Of a stretch of 64,000 nt of DNA, positions 1-12,218 are shown piece after piece. Each line of letters begins with the position of its first letter. The first letter of the stretch is position 1. The DNA comes from Naegleria gruberi. Its lineage: Eukaryota. A model generated the notes under the pieces. It was not told the origin of the DNA and did not search any database. It saw only the letters and a program-made list of their open reading frames with translations. The stretch is from assembly GCA_000004985.1 (NCBI GenBank), contig GG738900.1. One strand, 5' to 3'. A program made the translations under genes and the position numbers.

Positions 1-240
1 AAGAAGGAGCGGATTGAGGAACTGAAACAAGTGAAAAGAGTTGTTTTACTGATATGTGATTGATACAAAATCGTTTACAATTATGTTTACAGTTTACTTG
101 TCAATAGATCTACTGCTGTACTAGATGATGATTCGCTGACTCTGTCACTGTATAGTTTTATTCGATTGAATTCAATTAATTTAATTTTATTAATACAACA
201 AATTAAATCTTTAATAAATAATTTAATTTTTTAATAAAAA

Positions 241-1575
241 ATGACCAACCAAGAGAATTGTGGACCAACAACAAATGAATTGGTGAATAGTAATTCTAAT
301 AGTAATACAATACCATTATCATCATCGTTACCAACAAATGATACATCATCAACAATAATTTGTACTTCTAAAACACATCAATTATCTAAATTTTACAAGT
401 GGTGTCCTCATGATGATTATTTATTAATTAAAGGAGTAGAGAAGGGAATGTCAGCAGAGGAAATTAGAGGATCAATCAAGTTTGAGAGGAGTTTCACAAC
501 GGAAGAAATTACAGAAAGATGGTTATCAATTTTATATGATCCGACAATTTCCCAAATTACTGGCAAGCACATGAATATGTTACAATCAGTGAAAAATTAT
601 AAACGAGTTCCTTGGTCAAATGAAGAAAATCAAATTATATTTAAAGAGGCAGAAACTCATAAGGAGGTACCATTAAATTTCGAATTAATTTATGATAAAT
701 ATAGGGATTGTTTGCATCCATCTAGATGTCCAAAAACATTGGAAGCACACTATCAGAGAATGAGAAGAAAAGGAATTATCAAGGAACATATTTCGTCAGT
801 CACTGAAACACAACCAATACAAACACCAACAGCTGTTGGATCGACGATGGATGATGAAGATGAGGATTATGATGAAACAAAAACATTTTCAGAATTGGAA
901 AAGGAGGTGTTGAATGCTCCAATACCAAATGATTTGGAAATGAGAGCACAAAATATTCAATTGATAGAAAATAAGGTATCAGAAAAGAATGAACTAAAGA
1001 AAATTCACAAACTTGAAAAGGAAAATGATATTGATGAACAGGCTACAGGCACCAAGAAGATTAAACTCTCATTTGAAGAGAATGTAATTGCTGTATTTGA
1101 TGGAATACAATCTAAGCAAAATATTTACAAATCAGAATCTATCATTGGAAGAAAGAATTCTAGCTTTAATGTAGATGTTGACCTAAGTATTGAATCTGAG
1201 GATATTGGAAAGATCTCAAGAAAGCAAGCTGTTCTTACACTGAGTTATACAATTGAAGAAAAACCTGCTGTAAAGACAATTATTGCCACTGGTGAAAGCG
1301 GTGAAAAAATTGATAGAGTTGCTGATGTAGAAGATCTTTCTGGAACAATAGATGAGTCCAGCAATAAGAGAGTAGTTTTCACATTCAAGTTACAAAATGT
1401 TGGTAAGAGAAACATTCTTGTAAATGGACAACCAGTAGAAAATAATAATGATATTGCTATTCCACATCAATCTTTAATCCAATTTCCAGGAGGTGGAAAG
1501 TTTGTTTTTAAAATCTCTACAGAAGGTTTAAAGAAGTGGTACGACTTGAACAAATCTGCCACCCAAATACTTTAA
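241..1575 (+). CDS. FHA-domain protein, microspherule-protein-1 (MCRS1)-like; single exon, 444 aa
   Basis: Continuous ORF from a true ATG at 241. The C-terminal ~100 aa show the FHA pattern (IGRKNSSFNVDVDL...ISRKQAVL...NVGKRNILVNGQPV). The N-terminal half resembles the MCRS1 N-domain. An AT-rich promoter-like tract lies upstream at 1-240. Confidence 0.6.
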   Translation: MTNQENCGPTTNELVNSNSNSNTIPLSSSLPTNDTSSTIICTSKTHQLSKFYKWCPHDDYLLIKGVEKGMSAEEIRGSIKFERSFTTEEITERWLSILYDPTISQITGKHMNMLQSVKNYKRVPWSNEENQIIFKEAETHKEVPLNFELIYDKYRDCLHPSRCPKTLEAHYQRMRRKGIIKEHISSVTETQPIQTPTAVGSTMDDEDEDYDETKTFSELEKEVLNAPIPNDLEMRAQNIQLIENKVSEKNELKKIHKLEKENDIDEQATGTKKIKLSFEENVIAVFDGIQSKQNIYKSESIIGRKNSSFNVDVDLSIESEDIGKISRKQAVLTLSYTIEEKPAVKTIIATGESGEKIDRVADVEDLSGTIDESSNKRVVFTFKLQNVGKRNILVNGQPVENNNDIAIPHQSLIQFPGGGKFVFKISTEGLKKWYDLNKSATQIL

Positions 1576-1657
1576 TAAATCTTGACTCAATTTGATATTT
1601 AGTTATTATTATTTTATTGAGTTTTTTATTTTATAAATAAATTAGTTGTTTACAAAT

Positions 1658-4384
1658 TTAGAAAGCTTCATCAGACTTAGTTTCTTCATTCTTAGATGAC
1701 TTAAGAGCTTGAATTTCATCTTCAAGCTTCTTAATTCTGTCAAGGAACATCTTGTCAGCTTCTTGAACAGCCTTTTCAAGTTCAGACTTGAACTTGACAT
1801 AGTCTGCTCTTTGTTCAGAGTAAGCAGAACCTCTTAAAGCAGCTGCACGTTTCATGGCAGTAATCTTATCACTCAATTTCTGGAGTGCATTCAAACCACC
1901 GTTAACCTTATCGTATTTTTCTTTCAATTGAGCATTGAGTTCATCAAGAGAGGACTTGATAACTCCTTGAGAAACTGTTTCAGCATCCAATTCTGAGGCA
2001 ATTGTTTGAGCACTATCCTTTTTACCTTTAAGGGTGATATCTTGAGTATCAAGAGTATCCTTCAAAGCAGCAGTGTCAATTTCAAGAGAACGAGCAGCAT
2101 CAGACTTGTCATCCAAGAGCTTGTTAAGCTTTTCCTTTTCAATAGCACTGCTTTGCTTTTCATTAGTCTTTTCAGTAATTCTATCTCTGAGTCTAGCCAA
2201 TTCAGCCAAAATCTTTTCTTCTTCTTCTCTGAGTTCCTTAAGTTTGGCAACTCTCTTCTTGAGATCGTTGGAGAATGATTGAAGCTTGGAAGAAACATCT
2301 TGCTTGGCCTTCAAAAGTTTGGTCTTTTGGTTTTCAATCATTTGTTCGTATTTCTTGAGTTCGTCATCTCTTTCTTGTTGTTGTTTCTTCTTCAACATTT
2401 CAGCCTTTTCATCATCATCTTCTTCGAATTCAAGAATCTTGGACAAGAGTTCGTCCTTACTCTTTTCATAACTTTCCTTGAGACGTAATTGTTCCAAATA
2501 CTTCTTCTTGACAGATTCAGCAGCGTTAATAACTTCATTTTCAATTCTAGTAAGCTTTTTGTCAATGTTAGTGAGCTTCTTTTGTAATTCAGCAACTTCT
2601 TGAGTGTAAGCATCAACTTCAACGGTGAGAGCAGAAATCTCCTCACGAATTTTTTCGAGTTCGAGAAGCTTGGCCTTTTCTCTATCTTCAGAATCCTTTT
2701 GAATATCAGCAGCTGTGGACAAAATAACATCAAGTTCTTCGAGTCTCTTTTCTAATTGTTCTCTTTCCTTAACAGCCTTTTCTCTTTGTCTATTCTTAGC
2801 ATTGTAGGCAGACTTGGTTTGAGCCATAGCGTTTTCCAATTCGGCGATAGCAGCATTAATAGATTGCAATTCCATATTCAAATCCTTGATATTCTTTTCC
2901 TTATTGGCAACTTTATCTTCTGTTTCCTTGAGTTCTTGAAGACGTTCATTTAATGATTCAGAAATATTCTTCAATGCACCGAGTTGGGAATTGTAATCAT
3001 CAGCAAGAGCATCAATGTCTTCAAATTCATATTTGAGATTTTCAGTAAGATTTTGAACCTTAGCCTTATTATTTTGGAGTTCCAAGAACAAAGCTTCAAT
3101 TCTGTTCCATTGAGCAATACGCTTAACTAAAGAAGATGAGTTATCTTCTTGGTCATCAGCAATAAGACTTCTCAATTCATTTTCAGATTTTTGTGAATCA
3201 GACTCAGTGGTATCAACTGTAATTTCTTGCAAATCAGCAACAGTGGCAACAGCAGATTCAACCAATTCAGAGAATTCCTTCTTTCCATCAACTGGAGCTG
3301 GCTTTGTAGAAAGTTCTGGTTTGGTGTCCAAAACCCAAACATCATTGTAATTCTTCTTATTGAAAGAACCACCAAAGACAAAGATTTGGTGACCCTTAAC
3401 AACAGAACAGTGACCTCTACGAGCAGGAATCAAATCAGAGTTATCAATAGTAGTTTCGTCGAGCCACTTTTCTCTCTTGAGATCATAAACTTTAGTATCA
3501 TCAAGAGTTTGCTTGCTAGTCATACCACCATAAACAAATACCTTGTTATCCAAAATATTGGCAGTGTGGAAAGATCTCATTTTACCACCAACCTTTGTTG
3601 TAGTCCAGGAAAGCTTTGCAGTACCAGAGGTAAGTCCAGCACAAGTGGCTGGGAGTTCCAAAACATGAATGTCAGGGTTGTATTCTTCTTCACTCTTACT
3701 ACCACCAACAATATAAAGCTTACCATCATGGATGATGCTCTTGTGTCCTTGAACGTATGGACTTTCTGGAACAGAAATTGACTTCCATTCAGAAGAAGTA
3801 GTATTCAAGACGAATAGACCATTCTTAACAGATCCGTCAGTACCACCATAAACAATAATGCATTCACCAAAGGCAGAAGCAGAATGTGATTGAAGAGAAC
3901 CAGGCTTATCTCCGGTTGTGATAACCTTTCTCAAAATTTCACCTTGGACATCCAAAACATAAAGATCTTGGTTATAGTCGAATACGCCAGATCTACCACC
4001 AAAGACGTACATCTTGTCTCCAATGAGAGTCATAGAATGTCCAGCCAATGTTGGGATTTGTTTTAATTCAGCTTGTGGAGTTGAAATGGTTTCCACATTC
4101 AACTTTGACCAAGATCTATCGCTAATAGAATAACTAAAGAATGTATTGCTGAATGATGTCACTCCTGTTCTTCCACCAAAAACAATAATTCTCTTGCCAG
4201 ACTGATCCAATTCACAGGAGTGGAATGGTCTTTCCAATGGAGGTGATCCTCTTTTAATTTTAACTTGTTCCCATCTTCCTAAACTAACAGCCATGACACT
4301 GCTAATTGTTAAAGCTACAAGCATCAACAAAGCTAGTGAAGTCTTCAACAAGCCTTGTGCGCCTTTAATATTGAGTGGCGTCAT
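1658..4384 (-). CDS. Kelch-repeat beta-propeller plus long coiled-coil protein (Tea1/Kel1-like) with N-terminal signal anchor; single exon, 908 aa
   Basis: True ATG at 4384-4382. A hydrophobic N-terminal segment (LALLMLVALTISSVMAVS) is followed by about six Kelch blades with recurring VFGG / YVFGG / IVGG motifs. The C-terminal ~450 aa is E/K/L-rich with a heptad character. Confidence 0.7.
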   Translation of the reverse strand: MTPLNIKGAQGLLKTSLALLMLVALTISSVMAVSLGRWEQVKIKRGSPPLERPFHSCELDQSGKRIIVFGGRTGVTSFSNTFFSYSISDRSWSKLNVETISTPQAELKQIPTLAGHSMTLIGDKMYVFGGRSGVFDYNQDLYVLDVQGEILRKVITTGDKPGSLQSHSASAFGECIIVYGGTDGSVKNGLFVLNTTSSEWKSISVPESPYVQGHKSIIHDGKLYIVGGSKSEEEYNPDIHVLELPATCAGLTSGTAKLSWTTTKVGGKMRSFHTANILDNKVFVYGGMTSKQTLDDTKVYDLKREKWLDETTIDNSDLIPARRGHCSVVKGHQIFVFGGSFNKKNYNDVWVLDTKPELSTKPAPVDGKKEFSELVESAVATVADLQEITVDTTESDSQKSENELRSLIADDQEDNSSSLVKRIAQWNRIEALFLELQNNKAKVQNLTENLKYEFEDIDALADDYNSQLGALKNISESLNERLQELKETEDKVANKEKNIKDLNMELQSINAAIAELENAMAQTKSAYNAKNRQREKAVKEREQLEKRLEELDVILSTAADIQKDSEDREKAKLLELEKIREEISALTVEVDAYTQEVAELQKKLTNIDKKLTRIENEVINAAESVKKKYLEQLRLKESYEKSKDELLSKILEFEEDDDEKAEMLKKKQQQERDDELKKYEQMIENQKTKLLKAKQDVSSKLQSFSNDLKKRVAKLKELREEEEKILAELARLRDRITEKTNEKQSSAIEKEKLNKLLDDKSDAARSLEIDTAALKDTLDTQDITLKGKKDSAQTIASELDAETVSQGVIKSSLDELNAQLKEKYDKVNGGLNALQKLSDKITAMKRAAALRGSAYSEQRADYVKFKSELEKAVQEADKMFLDRIKKLEDEIQALKSSKNEETKSDEAF

Positions 4385-5104
4385 TTTTTTTTGTTTTAAT
4401 TTTTTATTATTTTTTGAAAATTACAATTTGCATTTGGCGGGGAACGTGTTTGTGTGAAGAAAACTCGGTTTGCCTTTAAAAGTTCAATTAAAGACAAATT
4501 TGTTGCTTTAGGTAGTTCTATATTGCAAATGCCATCATTTTCATTGTTAAGGTTTTAATTTTCATTTTTGTTCGCATTTTCATTGAACTTCAGTTGCGGA
4601 TTTGTGCTCAACAAAATTTTATCCTTCAAGTTTTGAATTTTAATGTTTGATAAAATTGGAATCCACTGAATGCTGTTTTTGATTTCCATTACTTTCCCTT
4701 TTCATGAAATGCCTTAGTAAAGACCATCCTTCTTATTAGTTTCTGAACAACAGCTGAATATCACTTGATAAATAATCTTTGGATAATTTCTAACCCATTC
4801 ATGGTTGATAATTATTAACAAGCATAGAAGAGAAATGATTAGGTTATCTTCATCACATTTTTCGGTATCTGCCATTCACCTTGTTAAATAAAACAATTAA
4901 AAAATTAAAGAAAACCACAACAAGCAACGTTTTCAAAAAATATTAATCCACAACAAAGCAAATATCTTGTAAAGTGGTATGAATGATGATTAATATTTGA
5001 CAAGCATATATCGGATTCTTCGGAGCGGACGACTAACAGGCGACTGACTACTGTTGTTTCATCTAACAATTAAGTTTGATTGGAAACAAATTTATGTTTG
5101 CTTT

Positions 5105-7161
5105 TTATTCTTGATTGTTGTCAAGTAGTGAAGAATGATTTGATTTTTCTTCGAGTAGTAATTCTGTAGAGTCTTCTGAGGGTTGTTTGGTTAACACGAG
5201 AGGACTCATTGCTACAGTACTAGAGCTAGGTTCAGAGCTTTCTGATTTTGATTGAGAATTGTTGGCAACATCTGTTGAGATGGTAAGGTTTTTGACCTTC
5301 TCTGGTGTTTTCACTTCTGCAGTGGTGGAAGCTCGTGGTGTTGTCAATGTGAGGACTGGATGATCTGTTGTGATAGTATTATTATTGGATGATGTGGTGG
5401 TGTGCTTTTCAGGTGCCTTACTTGTATTGGCACTTGCAGCTGTCGTTGAGGTTTGCTTTGTGTTGTTTGTCGATGAGGCATTAGTTGTACTATTGGATGA
5501 AGATGTTGTTGTGGTAGTAGATGATGCTGTTTGTCTTGGTGTGGCCACTGATTTCTGAACTTCCTTCTTATTTTCTGGAATTCTACCTCTGAATGATGTG
5601 AACAATTCTTCATCTTCATCATCATCAGTTAGGGCTTTGGAATTGAGTGATTTTTGAGATTTCATAAACGAGACGAAATCCACTTCTTCCTCTCCTTTTT
5701 TCTTTTTTGAATGTTCTTCCTTCTTTCTATCATCCAAGTATGGATGCTTAAAGGTCAAGTGATATTGTTTGAATAGATTTTCAATCTTTTCATGTTTGTA
5801 ATCCATATCTGAATCAATGAGGACAAAGTACATTTTACCCTCTCTTTCGTCTCTCTTTCTTCTCACTAAATAGTGATAAGTCTTTCTATTTGAATTCATT
5901 AACAAACTGTCAAAGTATCCAAAAGTATCTCCACCATCTTCTACTACTGATACATAAAAAGAACCCGGTTCATTTTCTGCAAATCTTGTAATGTATGTAC
6001 CTGGTTCTTGACCATCCAATAAATTTTGTGCTTCAATTGATGACATACTTCCCCAGAAATGTTTCATATCCAAAATTGTGTTGAGAATTGGAAAAAATTG
6101 AGTTGAGAATGGTCCAAACCATTTCAAAGTTGTTTTAAAATCAATCATGGAAACAACATTATCACATGTTGGATCTATAATGTACGATATTTCATCTACC
6201 CAATTTTTCTTTGTTCTGACGTTAAAATCAAAGAATGTATCCAATGTATCAAGGAAACTATCCTTGCTCACAGAGAATATATTTCCACCAATGTTATTCT
6301 TCCAAAATTCTGCACCGAATTCATCCAAAATAGTTTCATTTGTAGTATTCAGTTGAGATTGTGTAGAGGAATCAGAATAATCCAATCCCTGTAATTCAGC
6401 ATCGTGAATGAAGGACACCAATTTCTTGTAACCAATCATTTCTTCCAAATGATGACTTGTCAAAATTTCACATTCATCCTTAATTTCGAAATATCTCTAA
6501 ACAATTATTAGAATCAATTAATATCAAATGCACAAACCTGTTTGTTATCAATATTTGACCAATCATAACCCATAGATGAAAGATTAGCATTAGAAGATGA
6601 ATTAGACATGGTTCCAGTTACAGAACTTGAACGTTTCAAACTTCTTCTGGCGTTTGCTTCAGAAATTGCAACCAAATCTTCCAAATTCTTTTTAGTTTGT
6701 TGCAAATGATTAATAATATTCTCAGTCATGACATCAAATGCCTGTTTATATCCACTCACTGTGCTTCTTGCTCCCAACAAGATATTATTATTGTTCTTTC
6801 CTGTTAGTGAGAATAATATTTGTGTGTTCTGTTTGGAAAAATTATTCGAAATGTCATCATAATATTTTACAATCTCCTCAATGTTTTTAACTGGTATTGT
6901 GAATCCTTCCAATACTCCACTTGGCGGTTTGATAATACTCAACAAATTATTACAAGTGATTCGGAACATGTTTGTATCGATGGTTCCTGCTCCTGCATTA
7001 CCAGAAATTAATAAACTGGCACTTCCACCAAGGATCATTCCTGATTGTTTGTTGTAGGGAAGTAATTCTACAAGTCCATGAGAGGCCTGACTCATATTAA
7101 AGTGTGTTCCTGGTAAATTGGTGACGAGTTGTTGCTTGTCACTTGATTGTTCTTGTCCCAT
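5105..7161 (-). CDS. STAT-like SH2-domain protein; 2 exons (6538-7161, 5105-6496) joined by a 41-nt intron at 6497-6537
   Basis: The SH2 core reads HFWGSMSSIEAQNLLDGQEPGTYITRFAENEPGSFYVSVV, with a linker-like region before it and an S/T-rich tail. Exon 1 (ATG 7161) ends ...NKQ|GTTTGT and the acceptor TTTAG|AGATAT restores the frame into the downstream ORF (…RYFEIKDECEILTSHHLEEM…). The domain order resembles the STATs described in Dictyostelium (an uncharacterised N-terminal domain, a linker, SH2, then a tail); I infer this from family knowledge. Confidence 0.6.
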
Positions 7162-7273
7162 TTTTTGATTGATAGGTTTTCAATTAATTTGTTATGTTCT
7201 ACTAACAACTATTGAAAACAAGAATGATAAAGTATTATCTGAGTAATAATTGATAAATTACAAAATGTGTTTA

Positions 7274-8205
7274 TTATTCAGTAACTGTCTTGGCAGTATT
7301 ATTAACATTGAGCAAAGTTGGTGTGAAAGAAGTTTGTGGTTGATATGCACTAAAAGCAGATTGATAAGAACCCATTCCACTTGCACGTAAACCACCTCCG
7401 ATACCAGTAGATGGTGATGATGATGGTGTTGGTTTGGCAGTTGTTGCTCCTCCAAAAAGTGATCCTGAATAACTCTTCTTTCCTGTAGTAAATGGAAGAT
7501 ATCTATGTTTAATCATGTGTCTGATTTGTTTTCTCAAAGTAACAGCCAACAAAATGATCCAATATCCCAACAAAATAGGCCAGTAAACTGGAATGTCCAA
7601 AATTCTTGTAGATGATAACAAGAGAGAAATTACAACACCCTTTGTTAATGAGTACCAGAATTTAAACTCTGGAAGACGACGAACAAAAGGCTTTACATCA
7701 TCAGCATCTTGTTTTGGTTGTCCAAACAATCCACCAGAGGCAAAATTACGTCCAACAGAGGTACTTGGAAGGGTTGCACTTCCAAGATTTGCTTCCTCGT
7801 CTTCTTCATCTTCATCGTCGTCTTCTTCAGGTCTAAACTTTGGTGAAATGAAGGCAATAAACAAATTGATTACATAAATTCCCAATCCATAACAAATTAT
7901 GTACCATCCATGGAAATATATAACTCTAAACAAGAATAAGAAGAAGAGGAAACCTAACACCGACCAACGGAGTGTCTTCTTTCCATTCAATCTAATCATC
8001 ATCAAATACACACAAATTATTTAATCATCAAATCCACACAAATTCCGCATAAAAATTATTATTAATTCGATCATCAAACAATCACTTGGTATTTAACAAG
8101 AAGAAAACAAATCTTGATTACGCACCTATCCAAAAAACTTTGATACTTCATTCCAAATGAACGGAATGATCCTCCTCCAATACTGCTCTCGCTTTCCAAG
8201 TCCAT
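7274..8205 (-). CDS. RER1: RER1 (retention in ER sorting receptor 1); 2 exons (8126-8205, 7274-7991), 134-nt intron
   Basis: Exon 2 carries GWYIICYGLGIYVINLFIAFISPKF...RRLPEFKFWYSLTKG...IKHRYLPFTTGKK, which matches the RER1 family. The track ORF began at a GTG. The true 5' exon (ATG 8205-8203; MDLESESSIGGGSFRSFGMKYQSFLD) ends at GATAG|GTGCGT. Splicing to TTAG|ATTGAATGG gives ...YQSFLDRLNGKKTLRW, matching the conserved RER1 N-terminus (…IYQSWLDKSTPYTAVRW…). Confidence 0.8.
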
Positions 8206-8392
8206 TTTTTTAAGAGAATGTAATAACTTTAAACGTGTACACAGATTTCCTCTTTGCTTACATCATCAACATAAAAGCAACAATAATGGATTGAATTGTC
8301 CTCTCTCAACATTCGACATGAATTGTAATGCTTCAATGTCATCTCATTCTAAAAATACAACCATACCATGAAATAAAGTTAAAAAAAACGAC

Positions 8393-8947
8393 TTGATGAC
8401 AAGAAGCCACAGAAAAATTGGTGTATTTGAATATGATAGCGACGAATTTGCAACAACAGAGGAAAGAAAAGAATCAAGAAAAGCCTTCAGAAAGAATGTG
8501 AGGAATGTTTTTGGTCAAACAGGAAAAGCAGTTGTGGTGGATTTAGATGTTCCTAAACGTTCTAAAAGAAGATGGAATAAAGGAACGTTTACGGAAAGTC
8601 AAATGATGAATTCATTGGATCTAGCTCAAAAATTCAGAGAATTGGATGAATTTGAACAAGTACAAGAGGAATGCAAAGAAAATTTGAAACAAAAGGTTAG
8701 ATCTAAAATGTTTGAGGAGTTTTGTGAAAGGAAATCACCAAAAGTTGTAAAAAGGATATTGAAAAAATTGGAAAGAGAAGGGAAGGATACAATTTATGAT
8801 GACATGAGCACTGACAGTGAAACTGAAAGACAAGTCGAAAGATGGGTTCAAGATAACATTAATTCTGATATTAAAGAAACTAGGAAATATATTGAAAATG
8901 AAAGTCTCAACTCATTTTCACTATTCAGACAAAGAAAGCAAAAGTAA
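8393..8947 (+). CDS. hypothetical highly charged (K/E/R-rich) protein, 184 aa
   Basis: ORF from a true ATGATG at 8393. I see no recognisable domain. Composition and codon usage look like neighbouring genes. Confidence 0.4.
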   Translation: MMTRSHRKIGVFEYDSDEFATTEERKESRKAFRKNVRNVFGQTGKAVVVDLDVPKRSKRRWNKGTFTESQMMNSLDLAQKFRELDEFEQVQEECKENLKQKVRSKMFEEFCERKSPKVVKRILKKLEREGKDTIYDDMSTDSETERQVERWVQDNINSDIKETRKYIENESLNSFSLFRQRKQK

Positions 8948-9491
8948 AATTAGTAATTTTTTATTTTTTTAAATTTCAAAAACCATAACAAAAATACCTT
9001 TTCTACATATTCCCAAAAAGAGGATGTACTGTAAAAGCAGATGAAGGATTGCAAATTATTTTGCAAACGAAATGATGATAACTTATGGCTGTCATAGTGA
9101 TGGGTTGGAGATGTCGACTGAACACCTTCATCAATCCTCTCATTACACAGAACGAACTTTCCATAGCAGTGTGTTTCTTAACCGGAATGACTTCTGAACT
9201 CTTTTTTAACATAACAGATTAATATCTCACAATCTTTATAATGGTTATGGTTGGACATTTGAGATCAACCAACTACCTCTAACTGCTGTATTGAAAACCT
9301 TAACATTGTTTTGACTCCAAATTTTTTAACTATCTCTCAAACCAATTAAAAAATATTAATCAATACACTAAGTGATCAATTCATTGATTCATTAGCCTCA
9401 ATTAACAAACCAGCCCACCCAGATTGATCAGTTTCCTGAAAGTTTTGAAAAATTCTATTAAGACAATTCACTCTTCCAAATTAGAGAAAAA

Positions 9492-12191
9492 ATGAGTACA
9501 ACTGCTGTTGGTCAGCAGAATCAACAGCAGGAGCAACAACAATCACAACAACAACGTTCTTCTACGCCTCCTCCCTTAATAATGCCAACGTTATCACTCT
9601 CACCGAGGCATTCATCACAACCGAATGGTTTGCAGCCATTTTCGATAGTGGTACAACGAGCGCAACCATCACCCTTATCTTCATCGTTATCAAGTATTCA
9701 GGAGCATCTCTTCTTTGTTAATAATCATAGTAATGTTCATGCGAATATAAATCTAGGTGGAGCAGAGAATGGTGTTCAGCTACAGCTGGTACAACCCTTA
9801 AACTCTGATAATAATAATATTCAAGTGGTTTGTAGATTCAGACCAATGAATGATATGGAAAAAACACAATCGGAAAAACCAATTGTTGAATTTGGAGAAA
9901 ACCAAAATTGTACTATAAAAGTAAATATCATCATACGAAAATACTTATTTACTAATTAATTAATTTAGACTAGGAGATCTGTACATAATTTTACATTTGA
10001 TAGAATTTTCAACTCTGAAACAAGGCAAGAAGACATTTTTAATGTGGTAGGAAAACCAGTGGTTGAAGGTAAGTATTCTATTAAGTAATATTTAGAATTG
10101 TTAACAATATCAGATGTTTGCAAGGGATATAATGTAAGTATGAGAAGATATTCAAATTAAAACAATCGAAATTAATAATAGGGAACTATTTTTGCTTACG
10201 GTCAAACTGGTTCAGGTTAGTATTCAATTGATTTCAACAATTTATTTAATATTATTTTAGGCAAAACATTTACAATGATGGGAGCTGGAGACTCGATATT
10301 AGGTTATTCAGAACATCCAGAATTTAAAGGTGTGATCCCAAGATCTATTGATTATTTGTTTAGATATTTAGAAAGTAATTCTGAAATCAAGTTTGCTGTC
10401 TCAATGTGTTTCGTTGAGATTTATATGGAAAGAATTAAGGATTTACTCGATCGTAAGTACTCTTTATCAATCAGTGCTTATCAATTTCAATAGCAAGCAA
10501 AAAGAATTTAAAAATTGAAAAGCGAGAACCAAGAGGAATTATTGTTAGTGGAGCAAGAGAGGAGAGAGTAACAAGTGCAAGAGAAATTTATCAATTATTA
10601 AAAATTGGAGCTTCAAACAGAGCTATTGCAGCAACAAGTAAGTAGGATGAATTTCTCCATTTCTCAAAATATAAAGAAATGAACGAGGAAAGTTCAAGAT
10701 CTCATACAATACTAATTGTAATGGTTAGTCAGAAAAATATTACAACCTCAGAAACCAAGTTTGGTAAACTGATTCTTGTCGATTTGGCAGGTAGCGAAAA
10801 AGTTAAAAAAACAGGGGCTAGTGGTTCAACTCTGGAGGAAGCAAAGCAGATCAACAAATCGTTATCTGCACTAGGAATGGTTATTACAGCTTTAACAGAC
10901 GGAAATGTAAGTCCACTCATGTTAGCATTAAATGTTCATTTCAACCAAGTCAAAACATGTACCATATAGAGATTCAAAACTCACAAGATTACTTCAAGAT
11001 TCATTGGGTGGTAACTCAAGAACAACTCTTGTGATAAATTGTTCGTTCAGCTCATTCAATGAGGAGGAAACTTTGTCTACATTGAGGTTCGGTGAAAGAG
11101 CAAAGAAAATCAAAAATAAGGCAAAGGTCAACAGAGAGCTGACTGCCAAAGAGTTGAAGCAAATGTTAGAAAAGGCGAAAGAAGAGGTTAACGAACTTAG
11201 AGATATTATAACAGGACTGAGAAATAAGCAAATTGAAGAATCAAGAAAGTTTGATGAGGAATTATTAGAAAATTCTCATATCAAACAAGAAATTGAAGTT
11301 GTTACAAAAGAAAAGGAAAAACTGAAGGAAATCATAGAGGAAATGAATGAGATTACTGTCAAACAAAGTACAAAAACTTCTAGACATAGATCCATTTCCA
11401 TATCGAGTTCTCAAAAACTTTTTAATCCAAGAAGACTGTCAATGTTCGTTTCCAGATCTGCAACTTTGTTCGAGAGTGGTGGAGACTCTCCAATGAGTGC
11501 TTGCACTGCAAACGATACGAGCGAAGCAATCTTTGATCAAACAGGGTCAGAAACCTCATCGATAGGTGATGACGAAGGAACAGACTATGCTGAGCTTTTT
11601 GAAAAAATGGAAGTTGAACGAGAAAAGACAGAATCAAAGAATAAGGCCCTACAATCTCAAGTCTCGAGTCTTACAGCTGACAATTTTGATATTGAACAGA
11701 AAAATAAGGAACTGAAAGAGCAGGTGAGAATTCTGGAGGAAATAAATAAGGAAATGGAACAGGAACATATTAGAATGCAAGAAGAGCTATTACTTAAACA
11801 AAAATCTCTAGATTCTCTGGAAGAAGATTTGAAAAAGTCCAAAAAAAACGAAACCAAATGGAAGAAGGAAACAATGGAACTAAGCGAAGTATTCAACAAA
11901 ACTGTGCAAAGCAAAGTCCGAGAGTCTGTCAGAAATCAAAATAGTTTATCTGGAAATAATAAGGTTGTGGAAATGCTGACGTTAGAAATCAAAGCTCTCA
12001 CAAGTCAGGTGTCCTTCTTCGATGTGGCTACCAGAAGTGCTTTCCGAGAGAAGTTTGGAACATTGGCTTACTCAATCTCAAAGAGTGGCGTTGTAAAACC
12101 AGAAGAAATTTTCCCTATTAACAATACTGGAGCAGCTTCTCCAAATTCCAAAGAAAGAGTATTCACTATTAATTCAAGTTTAAAACAGTAA
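9492..12191 (+). CDS. kinesin-1-like heavy chain; 8 exons (9492-9920, 9969-10068, 10114-10133, 10182-10215, 10261-10452, 10494-10637, 10677-10908, 10950-12191)
   Basis: Motor motifs are reconstructed across introns: VVCRFRPMN; FTFDRIF…VVGKPVVEG; DVCKGYN; [12 protein letters not shown]|KTFTMMG (the P-loop is split by an intron); DLLD|PSKKNL; NRAIAAT|[13 protein letters not shown]; [10 protein letters not shown]; TDGN|[25 protein letters not shown]. All introns are 41-49 nt with GTAAGT/GTAAAT/GTTAGT donors. A long C-terminal coiled-coil stalk follows. Confidence 0.85.
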
Positions 12192-12218
12192 TAATTTTAC
12201 AATGTATAATATATTAAA

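Noticed and set aside
2006-3781. Small ORFs (2006-2488, 2392-2733, 3172-3781) overlapping the Kelch/coiled-coil gene on either strand.
   Set aside because: They are artefacts of the repetitive coiled-coil coding region. The long minus-strand ORF carries clear Kelch motifs and a true ATG.
5344-5625. ORFs 5344-5625(-) and 5370-5558(+) within the S/T-rich tail of the STAT-like gene.
   Set aside because: They are alternative-frame readings of a Ser/Thr/Asn-rich low-complexity tract. The in-frame continuation of the SH2 gene explains the region.
9003-9212. 69-aa ORF in the spacer between the charged hypothetical protein and the kinesin gene.
   Set aside because: It has no ATG in good context, no motif and an atypical composition. 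It more likely lies in the promoter or 5' UTR of the kinesin gene.
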